A stretch of DNA of 60,452 bases, taken from the NCBI GenBank assembly GCA_903935195.1, contig CAIZQW010000085.1:1-60452 (forward strand), read 5' to 3'. Position numbers and translations under genes: made by a program. Below are positions 56,844 to 60,452 of the stretch, one piece after another. The notes under the pieces are model-generated. The model worked only from the letters and a program-made list of their open reading frames with translations, was not told where the DNA came from and searched no databases. This DNA is from an uncultured bacterium (lineage in GTDB: Bacteria; Verrucomicrobiota; Kiritimatiellia; RFP12; UBA1067). Each line of letters opens with the position of its first letter. The stretch's first letter is position 1.

Positions 56844-57803
56844 TTAAACCATGGCCCTACGATACTCCGCAGGGGTCACCCCGAAATAGCGTTTGAAGAG
56901 ATGATGAAAGTGGCTCACGCTGTCAAACCCGAGCTCCATTGCCACGGACACGACCTTGGTGTCCGGCTCACACAATAGACGCGCCGACTTCCGGATCCGC
57001 AGCCGGTTCAAAAAGTCCGTGGGGGTCTCGTTGTAGTACTTCCTAAAGGTCTTGCAGAGGTGGCTCGGATGGCAACGGCTGCGGTCGTGAATGCGTTGCA
57101 CGGCATCCTTGAAACTCGTCCACCCCTCCACCTCATCCCGAAGTGTTGAGAGCCAGACAGGTGGCACTTGATTCTCCTGATGGGCAACCTCCGAACGTCC
57201 GAGGTGGTTTGCAAAGAGTTGTGCCGCCAGCGCTCGCGCCATGGGCGTGCTGTTATCCGGGTTCACGGCCTGCTCGGTGCTGATACTCTCCATCTGGAGC
57301 ATGAGGTTGCGGGCCTCCTCAACAGGCAATTGAACATAAGGGGCCTCAGGGGCTGTATTGAACCGATTTGAAATTGCGGGCGCCGCAAGATAGGCTAGGA
57401 GGTCTTGGATCACGGCAGAGGAGATCATCAGGCTTGCAAAGACCACGCGCGCAGAATTGACCGGCAGCAACCGATGCAAATCATACGGACGGACAAAGAC
57501 GAGGGCCCCCGGCGACAAAATATGGTGTCCGCCGTTCACCTCATGCAACAGAGACCCTTTTCCCAGTAGCAGGATCTCTGCAAACTCATGCAGATGAAAA
57601 TGAAGGGCCTCCTCACCACTCAACAGGATCTTCTCCCCTTTTAAATGGGGAAAACTGTTCACCACATACACTTCTCCATCCTGGAACATGTAGAGCAGAA
57701 CAGCGGTCTGTGTGTGCTGAAGAAACTCCTCCTGCTGCACATTCAACGGAACCTCTTTTGAAACGGCCTGCGGAGCCTTTTTTCGTGAACGCTTTTTTAT
57801 CAT
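56844..57803 (-). CDS. AraC family transcriptional regulator (cupin-like sensor + HTH)
   Basis: The C-terminal HTH is 'HLCKTFRKYYNETPTDFLNRLRIRKSARLL...MELGFDSVSHFHHLFKRYFGVTPAEYRR'. The ATG at 57803 is preferred over the TTG at 57845. Confidence 0.8.
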   Translation of the reverse strand: MIKKRSRKKAPQAVSKEVPLNVQQEEFLQHTQTAVLLYMFQDGEVYVVNSFPHLKGEKILLSGEEALHFHLHEFAEILLLGKGSLLHEVNGGHHILSPGALVFVRPYDLHRLLPVNSARVVFASLMISSAVIQDLLAYLAAPAISNRFNTAPEAPYVQLPVEEARNLMLQMESISTEQAVNPDNSTPMARALAAQLFANHLGRSEVAHQENQVPPVWLSTLRDEVEGWTSFKDAVQRIHDRSRCHPSHLCKTFRKYYNETPTDFLNRLRIRKSARLLCEPDTKVVSVAMELGFDSVSHFHHLFKRYFGVTPAEYRRAMV

Positions 57804-57955
57804 GACATGCAAATATAGAGCATATTTTCGGAAAAGCAAGAACAATCGGAAAAGATGGCTCTCCCCCCTCTATTCAGGTATTGTGTTGAACATGCACGTT
57901 GTTCACGTATGTTGGTGACGGGGCGTTCTATAACAGGATCGGAAAGGAGTCGATT

Positions 57956-58192
57956 ATGTGTAATGGCTTAAACGAGTTGAATATTCCGTTTGAGAAGCAT
58001 GAATTAATGCAGTTCCTCTGCGGACTGGAGTCGATCGATTCCCGCCTGAAAGACGCACTGACCCCCCAGGAACTGGCGGCCGTCACAGGGACGCGCGAGT
58101 TGTTGCAGGAGTTGATTGCTGGCATGCTCAGCACAAGAGGGGATCACGCGCACACGCATTCGCATGATCATGAACATCCCCATACGCACTAA
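57956..58192 (+). CDS. small hypothetical protein with a His-rich C-terminal tail (possible metal-binding/metallochaperone)
   Basis: 78 aa from the ATG at 57956, preceded by GGAAAGGAG. It ends in 'GDHAHTHSHDHEHPHTH' (8 His in the last 15 residues). It is the first gene of the plus-strand cluster. Coding status is unproven. Confidence 0.45.
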   Translation: MCNGLNELNIPFEKHELMQFLCGLESIDSRLKDALTPQELAAVTGTRELLQELIAGMLSTRGDHAHTHSHDHEHPHTH

Positions 58193-58243
58193 TGCGTGGG
58201 CGGGAAAAACAGGTTTCTATAATAACAAACAGGAGATAATTCG

Positions 58244-59143
58244 ATGGCTAAACAGAAAATCGTTGCGGCAATAAAAAGTGGCAAGGTGTTGATCTCAGAT
58301 GGCGCCTGGGGAACCTTCCTTCAGAAAAAAGGTTTAAAACCCGGCGAATGTCCTGAACTCTGGGCCGTGGAACGGCCAGCAGATGTCAAGGCGATCGCGC
58401 AGGCCTATTTTGCGGCCGGTGCAGATATGGTTGAAAGCGACTCCTTTGGCGGAACCTCTTTCAAGCTCGAACACTATGGCTTGAAAGACCGCGTGGCGGA
58501 AATCAACGAAGCCGCTGCGCGTCTTTCCGCTGAAGCAGCTGCCGAAGCCAGCGGCGATAAATGGGTGATCGCCTCTGTCGGACCGACCGGCAAAATGCTG
58601 GTCATGGAAGATGTGACCGAAGCGGAACTCTACAATGCCTTCAAGGAGCAGGTGGTTGCGCTGGCCAAGGGCGGCGCGGATGCGATCTGCATTGAAACCA
58701 TGAGCGATATCGCGGAGGCCACCCTGGCTGTGAAAGCCGTGAAGGAGAACACCTCCTGCGAAGTCATCGCCACCTTTACGTTCGCGCTGACCGTGAATGG
58801 CGACTATCGGACCATGATGGGTGTTTCGCCGGAGCAAGCAGCAGAAGCCATGATCGCAGCCGGTGCTGACATCATCGGCCCTAACTGCGGCAACGGCATT
58901 GAACGGATGATTGCGATCGTCCGCGCGATGCGCACAGTGGCGAAGGACATTCCGATCCTCGTCCATGCCAATGCCGGCCTTCCCCAAAACATTAACGGGG
59001 TCGACACCTTCCCGGAGAGCCCGGAGGACATGGCTCGTCAGGTCCACGGACTGGTAGCCGCGGGCGCAAATATCATCGGAGGATGTTGCGGTACAACGCC
59101 CGCGCATATCAAGGCAATGAAAGAAGCGGTTCAGGCAAAGTAA
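58244..59143 (+). CDS. homocysteine S-methyltransferase-domain protein (MetH N-domain/MmuM-like, Zn-dependent thiol methyltransferase)
   Basis: 299 aa, with an AGGAG RBS 8 nt upstream. Motifs are 'LISDGAWGT', 'IIGPNCGNG' and 'IIGGCCGTTPAHI', giving the Cys...Cys-Cys zinc triad of this family. Confidence 0.85.
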   Translation: MAKQKIVAAIKSGKVLISDGAWGTFLQKKGLKPGECPELWAVERPADVKAIAQAYFAAGADMVESDSFGGTSFKLEHYGLKDRVAEINEAAARLSAEAAAEASGDKWVIASVGPTGKMLVMEDVTEAELYNAFKEQVVALAKGGADAICIETMSDIAEATLAVKAVKENTSCEVIATFTFALTVNGDYRTMMGVSPEQAAEAMIAAGADIIGPNCGNGIERMIAIVRAMRTVAKDIPILVHANAGLPQNINGVDTFPESPEDMARQVHGLVAAGANIIGGCCGTTPAHIKAMKEAVQAK

Positions 59144-59165
59144 CAACACGTCAGGAGAATAAACA

Positions 59166-60242
59166 ATGGCTATTAAAACAAAATTTCTGGGCTCGGCAAT
59201 TGGCTCGATGCCGTTTTCAAATGTGGATCACGCAATTGATGTTTCGCTGACGAAGCTGGATTGCCCGATCTGGCCCCAGCTCTCGTTTTTCGGACTGAAG
59301 GAACAGATGGAAATCCAGTATTCGGAAGGCATTCCCTGCGCCGTGATTGATGAAGAGAAGGGGCGCATGTTTTTCAAGACCGACAGCGACTATTCTGAAA
59401 AATTCGCCGAATTCTACGAAGCCTATATGACGGCCATGGACCCGGACAGCGGTACGGGCGACTGTTCCGCGCTGGCGATTTCCGAAGCGTTCTCGCACGG
59501 TATTTATGCTCTTGAGAAGCGCCTGAAAGCGACCCGCGCCAAACTGCCCTGGCTTAAAGTGCAGACGACCGGCCCGATCAGCTTCGCGCTGACCATTGTT
59601 GATGAAAACAAACGCGCGCTCTGGTACAACGACGAATTCCGCGATGTGATCATTAAATCCATGGCCATGAAATCACGCTGGCAGATTCAGAAGTTCAAAC
59701 CTTATGCCGATAACATCATTTGCTTTATCGATGAGCCGATTCTCTCAGCTTTTGGCAGCTCAACGTATGTTTCGGTGAAACGTGACGAGGTGGTGGCTGC
59801 GCTGAAGGAATGCGTAGACGCGGTTCATATGGATGGCGGAATAGCGGGAACGCATTGTTGCGGCAACACCGAGTGGAGTATCCTCGTCGATGCCGGCGTG
59901 GACATCGTCAACTTCGATGCCTTTGAATTTGGCGAAACGATCGCCATGTATGCCGCCGACATCAAGAAACATTTGGCCCGCGGCGGAATGCTCGCGTGGG
60001 GCGTGGTGCCGACCTCGGTCGCGATCCGCGAGCAGACATGCGAAAGTCTTTGCGCGCAGCTCGAAAAGGTCATGGACCACCTGGCCTCCAAAGGTATTGA
60101 CAAGCAGACGATTATTGAACAGGCCATCATTACACCTTCCTGCGGAACCGGCTCCATGGCTCAGGACGACGCGGAAAAAGTGTTTGAAATGGTCAAGCAG
60201 GTATCCACCGCGATGAAAGCCAAGTACGGCTTCAACACCTAA
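59166..60242 (+). CDS. short MetE C-terminal-domain-like (core-MetE/URO-D superfamily) putative methyltransferase
   Basis: 358 aa. Blocks 'ICFIDEPILSA', 'GTHCCGNTEW' and 'ITPSCGTGS' parallel the IDEP, His-x-Cys and Cys blocks of cobalamin-independent methionine synthase catalytic domains (alignment by eye). Confidence 0.55.
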   Translation: MAIKTKFLGSAIGSMPFSNVDHAIDVSLTKLDCPIWPQLSFFGLKEQMEIQYSEGIPCAVIDEEKGRMFFKTDSDYSEKFAEFYEAYMTAMDPDSGTGDCSALAISEAFSHGIYALEKRLKATRAKLPWLKVQTTGPISFALTIVDENKRALWYNDEFRDVIIKSMAMKSRWQIQKFKPYADNIICFIDEPILSAFGSSTYVSVKRDEVVAALKECVDAVHMDGGIAGTHCCGNTEWSILVDAGVDIVNFDAFEFGETIAMYAADIKKHLARGGMLAWGVVPTSVAIREQTCESLCAQLEKVMDHLASKGIDKQTIIEQAIITPSCGTGSMAQDDAEKVFEMVKQVSTAMKAKYGFNT

Positions 60243-60246
60243 GCTT

Positions 60247-60452
60247 ATGAAACTAGCCATTTCAGGAAAAGGCGGGGTGGGAAAATCCACCCTCGCAGCC
60301 GTGCTGACGCTCCTGCTGACACGTAAGGGGGTGAAGGTGCTGGCGCTCGATGCCGACCCCGATGCAAATCTGGCGGGGTCGCTCGGCATTTCTCCTGAAG
60401 AGCAGAAGACCATTGTCCCGATTGCCAAGCAGACGCGCTTGATTGAAGAGCG
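60247..60452 (+). CDS. CooC-type (MinD/ParA superfamily) P-loop ATPase, 3' end truncated by the window
   Basis: 'MKLAISGKGGVGKSTLAAVLTLLLTRKGVKVLALDADPDANLAGSLGI' closely matches the CooC deviant Walker A and 'DADP.ANL' blocks. The ATG is at 60247, 5 nt after the previous stop. Confidence 0.75.
   Translation, partial: MKLAISGKGGVGKSTLAAVLTLLLTRKGVKVLALDADPDANLAGSLGISPEEQKTIVPIAKQTRLIEE

Noticed and set aside
57846-58243. Possible cobalamin or SAM riboswitch upstream of the methyltransferase cluster.
   Set aside because: I looked for a B12-box-like GCCACTG core or SAM-I-type helices in 57846-57955 and 58193-58243 and found none. The gaps are also too short for these riboswitch classes. An Infernal scan would be decisive.
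58334-60428. 271-aa (58334-59149) and 222-aa (59760-60428) minus-strand ORFs opposite the methyltransferase cluster.
   Set aside because: They are antisense to ORFs with clear Zn-methyltransferase or CooC motifs and good RBSs. They show no domain signature of their own.

Overview
This window looks like a chromosomal segment of a PVC-superphylum bacterium (Verrucomicrobiota, Lentisphaerota or Kiritimatiellota-like). That placement is inferred only from gene content: a PATR-repeat surface protein, XylR-type hybrid AraC regulators, Tat-signal Gfo/Idh/MocA oxidoreductases and a glycan locus without SusC/D. All family calls are by-eye motif recognition; no database search was run. Start codons are approximate, because the ORF track includes TTG/GTG starts. 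Region 150-31684 is one co-directional minus-strand array of 14 tightly spaced genes forming a complex-glycan degradation locus. It encodes GH95, a GH95-like protein, GH127, an NPCBM-GH78-GH43 fusion, GH2, a GH38-like protein, a beta-helix protein, two esterases, PA14/F5-8C/Big_1/NPCBM binding modules and a Na+:solute symporter. Two tandem uroporphyrinogen-decarboxylase (URO-D) fold genes of unknown role are embedded in it; they are my top candidate for something undescribed. Region 31.9-35.5 kb holds a Tat-exported oxidoreductase, a TIM-barrel isomerase and a XylR-like regulator, with a shared 15-bp upstream motif. Region 35.5-39.1 kb holds a minimal Tad/Cpa-like module (CpaB, FHA-CpaF, one TadB/C) with no pilin, secretin or TadZ visible. 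Region 39.1-56.8 kb holds housekeeping and metal genes: coaX, DtxR-FeoA plus feoB, pyrF, a lipoprotein-type katG, ABC-F, tRNA-Ala(CGC), SulP, CDF, an orphan SBP and a DUF255 thioredoxin-like protein. These are interspersed with two copies of a ~149-bp inverted-repeat element and with TGGAAT octamer arrays. Region 56.8-60.45 kb is the second candidate system. An AraC regulator lies divergent from a His-rich small ORF, a homocysteine-S-methyltransferase-domain protein, a short MetE-like protein and a CooC-type ATPase cut by the window end. I saw no CRISPR array, rRNA, transposase, integrase or recognisable phage or defence genes.
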